Positions 19,682 through 28,957 of a stretch of DNA of 64,000 nt are shown piece by piece (position 1 is the first letter of the stretch; every line of letters begins with the position of its first letter). The DNA is taken from NCBI GenBank assembly GCA_963662655.2, contig CAXXTU010000002.1, positions 704,001 to 768,000 of the forward strand, given 5' to 3'. The translations under genes and the position numbers were made by a program. The stretch is from Candidatus Cloacimonadales bacterium (GTDB lineage Bacteria; Cloacimonadota; Cloacimonadia; Cloacimonadales; JAIOQZ01). Under the pieces are notes generated by a model. It saw only the letters and a list, made by a program, of their open reading frames with translations. It was not told the DNA's origin and did not search any database.

Positions 19682-20872
19682 CTACTTAATCAGATTGGCC
19701 TTCTCGATCTCAATTTCCTCCAATTTACCGTCAACTTCCCGCGTAATCCTGATCGATTCGACTTTCGGATCGTAGAGCCACAGGCGGATCTGGCGATTTT
19801 CCAGCTCCACCATTCCCAAGCCGTTCACGGCGGTGATTTTATCTTCGAGCGCGATTCCGGCTTTTTCGGCGGGAGAGTTCTGCCAGATTCCCATCACTTC
19901 AAGCGCTTTGCCGGTGTTTACGATGTTCAGTCCGGTGGAGAAAAGAATGGATTGCTCCTCGCCGTCGCAAGGCTGGAACAGTACTTTGCGCTTCGGGTAG
20001 TCCATTGTCACAAGGTAATCATCCATGAAGTCTTTACCGATCAGGATGGTTTTCTCATCGATCATGCCCGGAAGGTCCGCAAACAATACGGGAACGTCGC
20101 TGAGCACGATATCGCCAATTCGTACCTCGTCGAGAACGGTCATGACGTTCCGGGTCTGGGTTGTAAACGGCCACTTGGCGAAGAAACCGGTAGCGCCGAT
20201 TGATTTCTGTCTGATGTGCTCCGGCATGTCTTCCAAGCGATCATACGGTAGGACGAAGGCGTAGTTCAGGCCGGTATCTATAAGCCCATTGAATTTGAGG
20301 TCGCCGTTGATGACGGTTTTCACGGATGGGAAATAGGGGAAGAGAATCTTCATGTCCATGAGTACATCGGAGTCGTTTTCTTTCACAAGCTTCGAGGAGT
20401 TCCTGAACAGAATCTCATTTCGCCGATAGTCGAATGCGACCTGAAAGAAGCGAAGGTAATCGGATCCCACCATGCCCTGAATGGAGTTCTTGCTTAGCTT
20501 GAAAGTGTCTCCAAAAGGCATGATGACCGCTTTCAAGTCGTTTACTTCAACTTTTGCAAGCTTGAGGCTGGCGATTTTCGCAAGTGAGACGCCTTCCTGC
20601 GGGGACTCGTGTTTCTCGAGCTGAAGGGAATCGGCCAACGAGTTTTCGAGCATCGTCATGCCCCCGGTGTCGATAATAACCGGCAATGTGTGGTCATCGA
20701 AATCCGCATCGACTAAAATGACATGCGAGCCTTGCAGTGTAAACGGTACGGTGAGTTCGTTTTCAATAGCTTTCGGGACTCCGCCCTTGAACTTTTCAAA
20801 CATCTTTATCTTGGTGTTCGTGCATCCTGTTGCGGCGAGAATTAGAATGGCCAATATGAGAATGTTTCTCAT
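19682..20872 (-). CDS. Lipoprotein with two retropepsin-like aspartyl protease domains and a C-terminal PDZ domain
   Basis: Lipobox ATGC; IIDTGG and LIDTGL; GMVGSDYL and LIGKDFM; SPAEKAGI..DKITAVNG. Confidence 0.85.
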   Translation of the reverse strand: MRNILILAILILAATGCTNTKIKMFEKFKGGVPKAIENELTVPFTLQGSHVILVDADFDDHTLPVIIDTGGMTMLENSLADSLQLEKHESPQEGVSLAKIASLKLAKVEVNDLKAVIMPFGDTFKLSKNSIQGMVGSDYLRFFQVAFDYRRNEILFRNSSKLVKENDSDVLMDMKILFPYFPSVKTVINGDLKFNGLIDTGLNYAFVLPYDRLEDMPEHIRQKSIGATGFFAKWPFTTQTRNVMTVLDEVRIGDIVLSDVPVLFADLPGMIDEKTILIGKDFMDDYLVTMDYPKRKVLFQPCDGEEQSILFSTGLNIVNTGKALEVMGIWQNSPAEKAGIALEDKITAVNGLGMVELENRQIRLWLYDPKVESIRITREVDGKLEEIEIEKANLIK

Positions 20873-21489
20873 GATTCCTCCGTTGCGTGGGGTTTGAGTA
20901 ATGTGTGCAGCGCTTGATAGATTTTTTCGACTTGCTCATCGTGATCGGATTCACAGTCGAATTTATGGAGTACCGACATCCCTTCCACGATACCGTGGAG
21001 TGTGATCGCCAGTGTTTCTGGGTCCACATCGTCGCGAACGATTTTCTCTGCTTGCGCTTTGGCAATGGCGGAATGCAGAAAACGCTGTGTTTGCTTGAAG
21101 ATTCGGTCGATCTCCATACGGATTTTGCCGCTGTCGCGAGCGAGCGCACCGCAGAGATCGTTAAATCCCATCGTAAACTCCTCCGTAGGCTCGACATCGA
21201 GAAGCATACACTCGATCCTGTCGAAGACCGGGATGGATGTAATGACGAATCGCAGATATTCGTCAAAAGTGGTGAATTTACTGTGCTGCCCTCTGGTCCA
21301 AGCTGTCACCTTTTCTTCGAAATAGGCGATCACACTCTCCGCGAGGGATTCCTTGCTCTCAAAATGATGATAGATCGCAGGTTTGGTGATTCCGACTTCA
21401 TCAGCGATCATGTTCATCGACGTGCAGTCGTAGCCGTTCCTAAGGAACTTCTCCAGCGCTTTCCGTACAATGATTTCCTTCGTTTCCAA
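20869..21489 (-). CDS. TetR/AcrR family transcriptional regulator
   Basis: GYDCTSMNMIADEVGITKPAIYHHFESKESL; AAGGAGG RBS before TTG 21489. Confidence 0.9.
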   Translation of the reverse strand: METKEIIVRKALEKFLRNGYDCTSMNMIADEVGITKPAIYHHFESKESLAESVIAYFEEKVTAWTRGQHSKFTTFDEYLRFVITSIPVFDRIECMLLDVEPTEEFTMGFNDLCGALARDSGKIRMEIDRIFKQTQRFLHSAIAKAQAEKIVRDDVDPETLAITLHGIVEGMSVLHKFDCESDHDEQVEKIYQALHTLLKPHATEES

Positions 21490-21498
21490 ATTAACCTC

Positions 21499-21514
21499 CT
21501 TACCGGTAGGTAAG
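21499..21514. promoter_or_regulatory. Putative TetR-family operator
   Basis: Inverted repeat CTTACC-GGTA-GGTAAG between the TTGACA -35 (21537-21542, minus strand) and the tetR RBS. Confidence 0.55.
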
Positions 21515-21591
21515 TAATTTCGATGTGTCATTTTTCTGTCAAAGAATTTTTGTTCGACTTGCCGTTAGCTTGATAATGGTTGCACAATCCA

Positions 21592-21707
21592 GCGCGGCGG
21601 GGCGGCGCCGTAAGCCCTGAAGGTCTTACGGCCTGCTTCTGTGATGTCTTGTAAAGACATCACAGAAGCAGGTTAGTGCGCGTAGCGCACGCGCCGCCCC
21701 GCCGCGC
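21592..21707. repeat. Four-way-junction palindromic element, copy A
   Basis: 17-bp perfect GC outer stem enclosing three hairpins, including a 19-bp perfect stem and GTGCGC-GTA-GCGCAC. Confidence 0.8.
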
Positions 21708-21747
21708 GGACGGTGGTCGCTCAACTTGAGAATGCTGGATCGGTAAA

Positions 21748-23730
21748 CTACTTGAGAAGCAGGGCTTTCTGCGTGATGGATTTTCCGGGCGATTTCAAGC
21801 GGATCAAATACACACCACTGGCCACTGATTTGCCGTGATTGTCCAGGCCGTCCCAGTTGGCTGTATGCCGACCAGCCTCGGTCAGTCTGTTGTGAAGCGT
21901 TCGAACTTGCCTGCCTTTGACATCGAATACGTCGAGAGTAACCTGAGAAGTTTTAGCAACGGAGAAATGTATCGTCGTGCTAGGATTGAATGGATTAGGG
22001 TAATTGAATAGTTGCCAGCCGAATGACGGCTGATCTTCATTTCCAGAGGCCATTGGATTAACTTGAACGCTCCAGGAGACTTCAACCGTGTCATAGCCGT
22101 CGTCGACCTCGCACCGAACGGTGACATCGCCCTCATTTTCGAAAAGGATATCAATCTCGGACGACGTGGCAGCCTGCTCAACTTCATCGACGTACCACGC
22201 GTAGGTCAGCAAATCGTAATCTTCATCGGTGGCGTCAACCGAAAAAGTCTCAGATTGACCTTCCGTGATCTCAAACTCACTTTCCTCGGGAATGAAACTC
22301 AATATCTCTGGTAGCGCGTTTCCCACGGTAATATAGTTCTCCCGGACGATCCACAGGGTGTCCTCGCCGTCGTAAACCTCGAGCTTAACGGAATAAACGC
22401 CTTCCTCCATGTACTGGTAGACTGGATTCTGCTCCTGCGAGTCGAATACGCCATCGTTCTGGAAATCCCAGTTCCAGCCGGAGGGTCCATGCAGTACTTT
22501 CTCCGTGAAAGCGACCGGCTGGAAGATGTGCGGAGTCTCGTCACTGACTTCGAAATCGATCTCACATGGGAGGTCGATGTTGACGATAATCAGAGAATTG
22601 TAGGCAAACGTCGCGGTGTTTTGCTGATAGTCGAGAATGGTTTGTTCATCAGGGGTTTCCTCAAACCACTCATCGAGATACTCGTCCGTTTGATCGAAAA
22701 TCACGTTCTCCGCAGCGAACACCTCGTGCCAAAGACCCATGCCTTCCACATCGCGAAGCTTGTATGTATCTACGAAATAAGATCCTTCGGGGCAGTCATA
22801 AATTGCGGTTCGTTTCTCGTTGGCAAGATTGCAGAGAGGGGAGGAATCGTCCGTGTTGGCTTCTGCTGGTGGAGGTCCGACGGGGAAGATCGGGATTGCG
22901 ATTGCTCCGGCAGGCTGACCGAGCAACGTCCACATCACCGTGAGTTTGGCCGGCTCTCCCGGGAGTACACCTCTGAATACCGCTGCAGATCCGTTGTTCT
23001 GATTACTGATGCTGTTCACCGCGGGAATGTATCCCCAGGGAATGTTCGTGTCATAATGCCCGGTGAACGGAACGCTGAGAGGCTGGCTGTTCGAATCGGA
23101 ATAGTCTCTCGTGTGAACCTGAATGATGTGTCGGTAATCGATCTGATTGTTTTCATACAGCTCAGCGAGAATATCATGACTGCGGTTGAATTGAGCAAGG
23201 CCGCTGGATCCGCCGCCGTTTTCAGCGAAATTCGTGCGAATGATGTAACCGTAAGGTGCGTCGGTAGTGTCGTACTTCCAGTACTCGGTCGGGCCAACCT
23301 CGTACATGGCAGCTGCGCCGGTGCTGTCGAACACCGCAAAATTGCCGTGCGTATCGCGCCCGACCTGATTCGTGCTGTCCAGAATCGCCTCGAAATCGGC
23401 CAGCGTCTCGCAGATGGGAAGGCAGAAAAGCATAAGATCGCCATTGCCCATGGGTCGCCCTAGGTCGCTTGATAAGGCATTGCCGATGACAAATCCTTTC
23501 TCGTTCACGCCCATCCAGAAGTATTCGGAATCGGTGCTGCCGACGCCGACAAAACGATTGGGGCCTTCGTCGTTATATTTGACGACCTGGCTTCCAGATA
23601 CATCGCGATTCTTCCACATGAGCGGTCGCCCGTCGGAAGTGGCGCTTCCAGAAGCGATGCCGATTGTACACGCGAACGAAAGAGATACTCCAATAATAAA
23701 CAGTAGCGAAATGATTCCTTTTCCTTTCAT
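21748..23730 (-). CDS. Secreted Ntn-hydrolase (C45/C69-like peptidase) with PKD and FlgD-Ig C-terminal domains
   Basis: Signal peptide then CTIGIASG..DGRPLMWKNRD, MGVNEKG; WNWDFQNDG..QNPVYQY; NYPNPFNPST. Confidence 0.8.
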   Translation of the reverse strand: MKGKGIISLLFIIGVSLSFACTIGIASGSATSDGRPLMWKNRDVSGSQVVKYNDEGPNRFVGVGSTDSEYFWMGVNEKGFVIGNALSSDLGRPMGNGDLMLFCLPICETLADFEAILDSTNQVGRDTHGNFAVFDSTGAAAMYEVGPTEYWKYDTTDAPYGYIIRTNFAENGGGSSGLAQFNRSHDILAELYENNQIDYRHIIQVHTRDYSDSNSQPLSVPFTGHYDTNIPWGYIPAVNSISNQNNGSAAVFRGVLPGEPAKLTVMWTLLGQPAGAIAIPIFPVGPPPAEANTDDSSPLCNLANEKRTAIYDCPEGSYFVDTYKLRDVEGMGLWHEVFAAENVIFDQTDEYLDEWFEETPDEQTILDYQQNTATFAYNSLIIVNIDLPCEIDFEVSDETPHIFQPVAFTEKVLHGPSGWNWDFQNDGVFDSQEQNPVYQYMEEGVYSVKLEVYDGEDTLWIVRENYITVGNALPEILSFIPEESEFEITEGQSETFSVDATDEDYDLLTYAWYVDEVEQAATSSEIDILFENEGDVTVRCEVDDGYDTVEVSWSVQVNPMASGNEDQPSFGWQLFNYPNPFNPSTTIHFSVAKTSQVTLDVFDVKGRQVRTLHNRLTEAGRHTANWDGLDNHGKSVASGVYLIRLKSPGKSITQKALLLK

Positions 23731-23894
23731 GATTCCCCCTGATTAATACGCCAAACGTAGTTGTCTGAATCGTATATGGCAAGGAAAAGTTTAAGACAGC
23801 CCGACCGGAATGCGGATCGCAATCAGAAAATTCTTGACAGAGATATCGAACTTGGGGAATAGTGGTACTGATTAGTAACACTCATGGGGGCGGA

Positions 23895-24758
23895 ATGAAA
23901 CAGATGCAACGGATTGACCTATTGATCGAGCTTGGATTCACGCAGGTGGAAGCAGCCGTATATTATGCACTGCTCGAGAATTCTCCACAGTCGGGGTACG
24001 GAATAGCCCGGCAAATCGAGAAATCACGGTCCAACGTGTATCAAGCGCTCAAATCCCTTGAAAACAAAGGCGCGATCGTTCAGGTGCAAGGCTCTTCGAA
24101 CAAGCAATATCAAGCAGTCGCTGTCGAGATGATGCTTGAACAGAAGGAGCGCGAGTTCAAAGCGAACCGGAAACGGGTAGCGGATGCATTCAGGGATATG
24201 GAGCAGCAGGAAGATATCCAGGCGATCTACTACCTCCAGAGCATGGAGCAGGTTTTCGTAAAAGCAAACGAGGTTATCAACCAGACACGTAAAATCATAT
24301 TCATCGAAGCCGAATCACACCATTTCGCCAAGATCGAGCATTCTGTGCGCGACGCAATCTCCCGGGGGGTGATTGTCGCATTATACACTTCGGATATCGA
24401 AAGCTACGAAGGGGCGGAGATAATCCGATACAAGCCATTGAAGACCAGCGAGATGGTTCCCGAGTGCTGGCCCATCAACTGGTTTACCATGGCCGGTGAC
24501 GCCGAGCAGTTCATTATTTGTACCACCAAACGCAACACCGACGAACTGATCCATGCGCTTTATGGCGGTAATCGCTATCTTTCCGGCTGGATATACAGCG
24601 ATATGCTCTATCAAATCGGCTTCTCGAACATTGTTGGAATGTTCAACGACGGCCTTTCCCGAGAAGAAATCTGGCAGGAAATCCAGTCGTATATTCACCG
24701 GTTTGTCGATAAGGCCCCGGGAATTCTCGATCTGAAAAAGGAGTATCGGGATCGATAG
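23895..24758 (+). CDS. TrmB family transcriptional regulator
   Basis: LGFTQVEAAVYYALL..SGYGIARQIEKSRSNVYQALKSLENKG. Confidence 0.85.
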   Translation: MKQMQRIDLLIELGFTQVEAAVYYALLENSPQSGYGIARQIEKSRSNVYQALKSLENKGAIVQVQGSSNKQYQAVAVEMMLEQKEREFKANRKRVADAFRDMEQQEDIQAIYYLQSMEQVFVKANEVINQTRKIIFIEAESHHFAKIEHSVRDAISRGVIVALYTSDIESYEGAEIIRYKPLKTSEMVPECWPINWFTMAGDAEQFIICTTKRNTDELIHALYGGNRYLSGWIYSDMLYQIGFSNIVGMFNDGLSREEIWQEIQSYIHRFVDKAPGILDLKKEYRDR

Positions 24759-24788
24759 GTAATACGAAGAAACATAAGGAGTACTGAA

Positions 24789-27191
24789 ATGAGTATGAGC
24801 AAGCTCTCTTTGTTCTTGTTCCGGACGAAGAGTTACCCTTTGCTTGTTTTAACGGTTGTACTGGCAATGCAATCGGCCTTACTGTTCGCGGACGCGATGT
24901 TCGAGGAGGTGGTCCTCTTCGAGGACACGAATGGCGCTTGTGCCATCGCTGCTGCGGATTTCAATATGGATACGCACCCTGATTTCGTCTACACGTGCAA
25001 TCCGCTTGGGCATATCAAGTGGATGGAGAACGACGGCGCGATGAATTTCACGGAGCACATGGTCATCGAGGGATTCACCAACGCGAAGTCGATCGATACC
25101 GGGGACATCGATCGGGACGGTTACCCCGATTTCGTCGCGACAGCCTACGGCGCGGATAAAATCTCCTGGTTTCACAACAACGGTGACGGTTCGTTTACCG
25201 AGCGCGTTGTGTGCGATACTTGGGATCGGCCTGGCTGGGCGCTTGTCGGCGATCATGTCCAGAATCTTCCCGTCGATATCAACTCGGACGGAGAGGTGGA
25301 TATTCTGGCCACCTCCTGTGAAGAAGGGATCCTCGGCTGGTTCGAAAACGACGGCGAGGAGAATTTTACCGAACACATCATCAAGGATAGCTGGACCAAG
25401 GTAAGCTGCGCCAATGCTGTGGACATGGACGGCGACGGCGATACCGACATCCTCGCTGCCGCACAGACAGCCGGGATCGTGTGGTTCGAGAACGACGGCA
25501 ACGAAGTCTTCACCGAGCACTTCATCTTCGGAGACTGGGACCGTCCCAACTGGATTTGCGCCGGCGATATCAACGGTGACGGCAACATGGATTTCGCCGC
25601 GACAGCGTGCGGAAACAGCGATGCCATCGGCTGGTTCGAGAACGATGGGGAAGAGGAATTTACCTTCCACTTACTCCGTTCCCAATACAACGGAGCACGC
25701 TGTCCGCTTCTCTCCGATATAGACGGCGATGGCGACATGGACATCTTCGGAATAGCCTGGGTTTCGGGCCTGGGGACATTCTTCGACAACAACGGCAACG
25801 CGGAGTTTACCGAGTACACCATCAGCGATGACGCGGTGGACATGCTCAAATACTTCGTGGTCGACCTCGACGAGGATGGCGATCTGGATCTTCTGGCCAG
25901 CACAGCGGTTTACGAGCCGCATCATATACGCTGGTTCAAGAATCTCGATTCCTTCATCGACGGCGATTTCGCGAACAATGTCTCCAGCGGACACTATCCG
26001 CTCGAAGTCGGGTTCTCCTACGACGCATACGCGCATCCGGCTGTTAATAGCTGGCAGTGGGACTTCAACAACGATGGAACCACCGATTCCACGGATCCCA
26101 ACCCGACCTTCGAATACCAGTCGCCCGGCACGTATGACGTCAGGCTGGATGTGTCCAATGGCATCGACACGGATACCATCATAAAGGAAGGTCTCATCCG
26201 GGTCTTCGATGGAGAAAGCTCGATCGAGTTCGATTCCAACAACAGCAGCATCAATGTGCCGGCGGAGAGCGGCTTGGAATTGGGCGAAGAATTTACCCTC
26301 GAAGCCTGCTTCCACGCGTACGATTACGGGATGAATCCCGCGCTCGGGAATGGAATGATCTTCTACAAGGGCAGCATTTCGGCCTACCTGAACAACGCTT
26401 ATCCCCTGTACAATCAGATGACGTTGATCGTCAAGATGACGCACCAGGATGAGACGCAAAGCGTTGTCGCGATGCCAGCTTTCGGGATTTTTACTGATAC
26501 GGGCTATCATCTTGCCATAACGTATGATGGGGATTCGAATCTGAAGGTATACTTGAATGGCGTCGAACAGAGTCTGACCGTCTATACGGCACCGTCGGGA
26601 CCGCTTCAGGACAACTCGAATCAGGCCCTGACCTTCGGCAACAACGGAACCAACACTTCCGCTTTCAAGGGGTATCTGGATGAACTGCGCGTCTGGAACG
26701 TCGTGCGTACTCCGGACGAGATCAACGCAAACATGGCTGATTATCTCAACGGAGACGAGATCGGCTTGAATGGATACTGGAAGTGCAATGACGGAAGCGG
26801 AGACACGCTTGTCGATGCAACCTCCAACCGCTATGATGCTGCGGTAGTGTACTGTCACTGGCATCAGGGCGATCCCTTCAGTTTTCATGCGGTGGATGGC
26901 GAAGAAATCGTGCAGCCGGAAGCGATTTCCCTAAGAAACTACCCCAATCCCTTCAATCCCGAGACAACGATCACCTTTGAGCTGTCTGCGGTTCAGAACG
27001 ACAACATCACGCTTGGCATCTATAACCTGAAGGGCCAGATGGTGAGATTGTTCTCGGTGGCTCCCGATTGCAGGAGCGTTGTCTGGAACGGAAGGAACGA
27101 TGCCGGGAAATCGGTGTCGAGCGGCCTCTATTTCGCAAGATTGAACGCAGGTGACGAGAGCGCAGTTCGGAAGATGCTTTTGATGAAATAA
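24789..27191 (+). CDS. Secreted FG-GAP repeat protein with PKD, LamG and FlgD-Ig domains
   Basis: About seven DxDxDGxxD..WFENDG repeats; WQWDFNNDG; FKGYLDELRVWN; NYPNPFNPET. Confidence 0.85.
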   Translation: MSMSKLSLFLFRTKSYPLLVLTVVLAMQSALLFADAMFEEVVLFEDTNGACAIAAADFNMDTHPDFVYTCNPLGHIKWMENDGAMNFTEHMVIEGFTNAKSIDTGDIDRDGYPDFVATAYGADKISWFHNNGDGSFTERVVCDTWDRPGWALVGDHVQNLPVDINSDGEVDILATSCEEGILGWFENDGEENFTEHIIKDSWTKVSCANAVDMDGDGDTDILAAAQTAGIVWFENDGNEVFTEHFIFGDWDRPNWICAGDINGDGNMDFAATACGNSDAIGWFENDGEEEFTFHLLRSQYNGARCPLLSDIDGDGDMDIFGIAWVSGLGTFFDNNGNAEFTEYTISDDAVDMLKYFVVDLDEDGDLDLLASTAVYEPHHIRWFKNLDSFIDGDFANNVSSGHYPLEVGFSYDAYAHPAVNSWQWDFNNDGTTDSTDPNPTFEYQSPGTYDVRLDVSNGIDTDTIIKEGLIRVFDGESSIEFDSNNSSINVPAESGLELGEEFTLEACFHAYDYGMNPALGNGMIFYKGSISAYLNNAYPLYNQMTLIVKMTHQDETQSVVAMPAFGIFTDTGYHLAITYDGDSNLKVYLNGVEQSLTVYTAPSGPLQDNSNQALTFGNNGTNTSAFKGYLDELRVWNVVRTPDEINANMADYLNGDEIGLNGYWKCNDGSGDTLVDATSNRYDAAVVYCHWHQGDPFSFHAVDGEEIVQPEAISLRNYPNPFNPETTITFELSAVQNDNITLGIYNLKGQMVRLFSVAPDCRSVVWNGRNDAGKSVSSGLYFARLNAGDESAVRKMLLMK

Positions 27192-27245
27192 AGCAAGAAT
27201 TTCAATCCTCACTCTCTCCAAAGTCCCTCCTCGGGACTTGAGTAC

Positions 27246-27281
27246 CGGGAGAAGCCGGCCTGGCTGGTTTCTCCCGTTTTT
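27246..27281 (+). terminator. Intrinsic terminator
   Basis: CGGGAGAAGCCGGCC/GGCTGGTTTCTCCCG stem plus T run after the FG-GAP gene. Confidence 0.65.
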
Positions 27282-27335
27282 GATAGAGACAAGGAGTTTG
27301 TTTACGTTAGAATATCCTCGATTTTCGCAACTCCG

Positions 27336-28709
27336 TTAAGACTCCTGATTCCCCATGTTATACCAGTCGATTTTCCGTGTAAGGAACATGATAATCGTGA
27401 GGATGACGAAAAGCGCGATGCTACCCACAAGCAGCGCGTTCTCCTCTAGATTCATCAGAATGTAGAGTAAGCCGTATACGACGGACAATATGATGGAAAT
27501 CAGGAGGGCGAAAGCGTTTCTTCTCAACGCGCCAAGGCTGTACAGCCCTATCGATGCAACCGTTGCTGCGGCTGAAATCAGGTACGAAAGCCCGAAACCA
27601 ATATGTTCGCTCAGCGCCAGGAGAAGCAAGTAGAAGAGGATCAGTGAAAATCCGACCAACAGGTACTGGATCGGGTGAATCCGGCATTTGAGCATGATCT
27701 CACCGATGAAAAACGAGAGAAATGTCAGCCCAATCACGAGAATCGCATACTTCACAGCTCGATCGACCTTTCCGTAGTGGTTCACCGGCTGAATGAAGCT
27801 AACCCCGAAGTCGGCGTTCGAGATATTCTGCGATCCACCCAAAATCTGTGGAAAGCTTCGGTTCATCTCACCCGCGTTCCACTCAGCGGTAAAACCGTTC
27901 TCACTGATCTCGTGCGTTTGCGGGACGAACGTACCGGTGAAACTCGGGTGCGGCCAGTCGGATGTCATTTTGAAGGACGATTCTTTCCCGATCGGAACCG
28001 CGTGTAATTCCCTCGTTCCTCGCAATTTCAGCTCGATTCGGTATGTCATTTCACTTGCCAGAATTCCCGGATTCAATTCTACATGAAAGCCTTCTTTTAC
28101 CCCTCCGACTCGTGAGCGGATGATGTCGCCTTTCAAACCCCCTCGTACTGTGGTGGTTTTTTGGGGCACACTCACGAGTTCGTCGAAAGGAATTCCCGGA
28201 TGCGCTTCGTACTCCTGCCCATTGATGATGACCCTGGGTTTTCCAATGAAGCCACTGTTGTCCGACAGATAGAAAGCCAATTGAACCTTTGTCAGCTCTA
28301 CGGGGTTCTCGGAATGCCAAATCTCATCGACCGAATATGCGGGGAACACTCCCTCGATCGCAATATCCGAGGTATAAACCGGTACCTTGAAGATGCTTCG
28401 TTTTCTCGACTCCGTCTTGACATTGCAATCGATATCCAGCACGTCGGGCAGCAGGAACCTGTCCTCGGCGTCGGTTTTCTGAGCCTTTCCTTCACTTGTT
28501 TGCAAAAGGGTACCCTTCGTTGCGAGGATAGGCCCGGATATCGCCTGGGCATCGCCCCATTGCGAAGCGACCTCTTGCACGACGTTCTGTTCTCTGATAC
28601 CTCGCTCGACAATCACTTCCAGTATGAGCGCGGCGGGTATCAGCAGTAAAAGAGAGATGGTTGTGATCAACGCCAGTTTGACTCCGGGCGATTTCAGGCT
28701 GACTTTCAT
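27336..28709 (-). CDS. creD: Cell envelope integrity protein CreD
   Basis: SDWPHPSFTG, RAVKYAIL, IHPIQYLLVG, LLALSEHIGF, TRKIDWY. Confidence 0.93.
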   Translation of the reverse strand: MKVSLKSPGVKLALITTISLLLLIPAALILEVIVERGIREQNVVQEVASQWGDAQAISGPILATKGTLLQTSEGKAQKTDAEDRFLLPDVLDIDCNVKTESRKRSIFKVPVYTSDIAIEGVFPAYSVDEIWHSENPVELTKVQLAFYLSDNSGFIGKPRVIINGQEYEAHPGIPFDELVSVPQKTTTVRGGLKGDIIRSRVGGVKEGFHVELNPGILASEMTYRIELKLRGTRELHAVPIGKESSFKMTSDWPHPSFTGTFVPQTHEISENGFTAEWNAGEMNRSFPQILGGSQNISNADFGVSFIQPVNHYGKVDRAVKYAILVIGLTFLSFFIGEIMLKCRIHPIQYLLVGFSLILFYLLLLALSEHIGFGLSYLISAAATVASIGLYSLGALRRNAFALLISIILSVVYGLLYILMNLEENALLVGSIALFVILTIIMFLTRKIDWYNMGNQES

Positions 28710-28957
28710 ATTCGCTCCTTCATGATGGTTTCTTAAGTAAAACGAAGCTCAACGTTTATTGTTTCAATCGAGTAGCGAAGTAATGCTTGTACATCGCCCG
28801 ACTCATCGATACGCCCCGACATGTCGTGGTAGTCGGGTTACATAAAGAATTATCTTGAGTTGAGAGAGTTCTTCTGAAATGGCAACCAACTAAATATGCA
28901 ACAGAATAAAAAAAGCCGCCTACATTTCTGTAAGCGGCTTCAAGATGTATGCGAATT

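Noticed and set aside
24900..25950. Regular repeats resembling a CRISPR or tandem DNA array
   Set aside because: They are coding FG-GAP repeats with synonymous variation; the duplicated pullulanase CBM and TPR repeats are likewise protein-level
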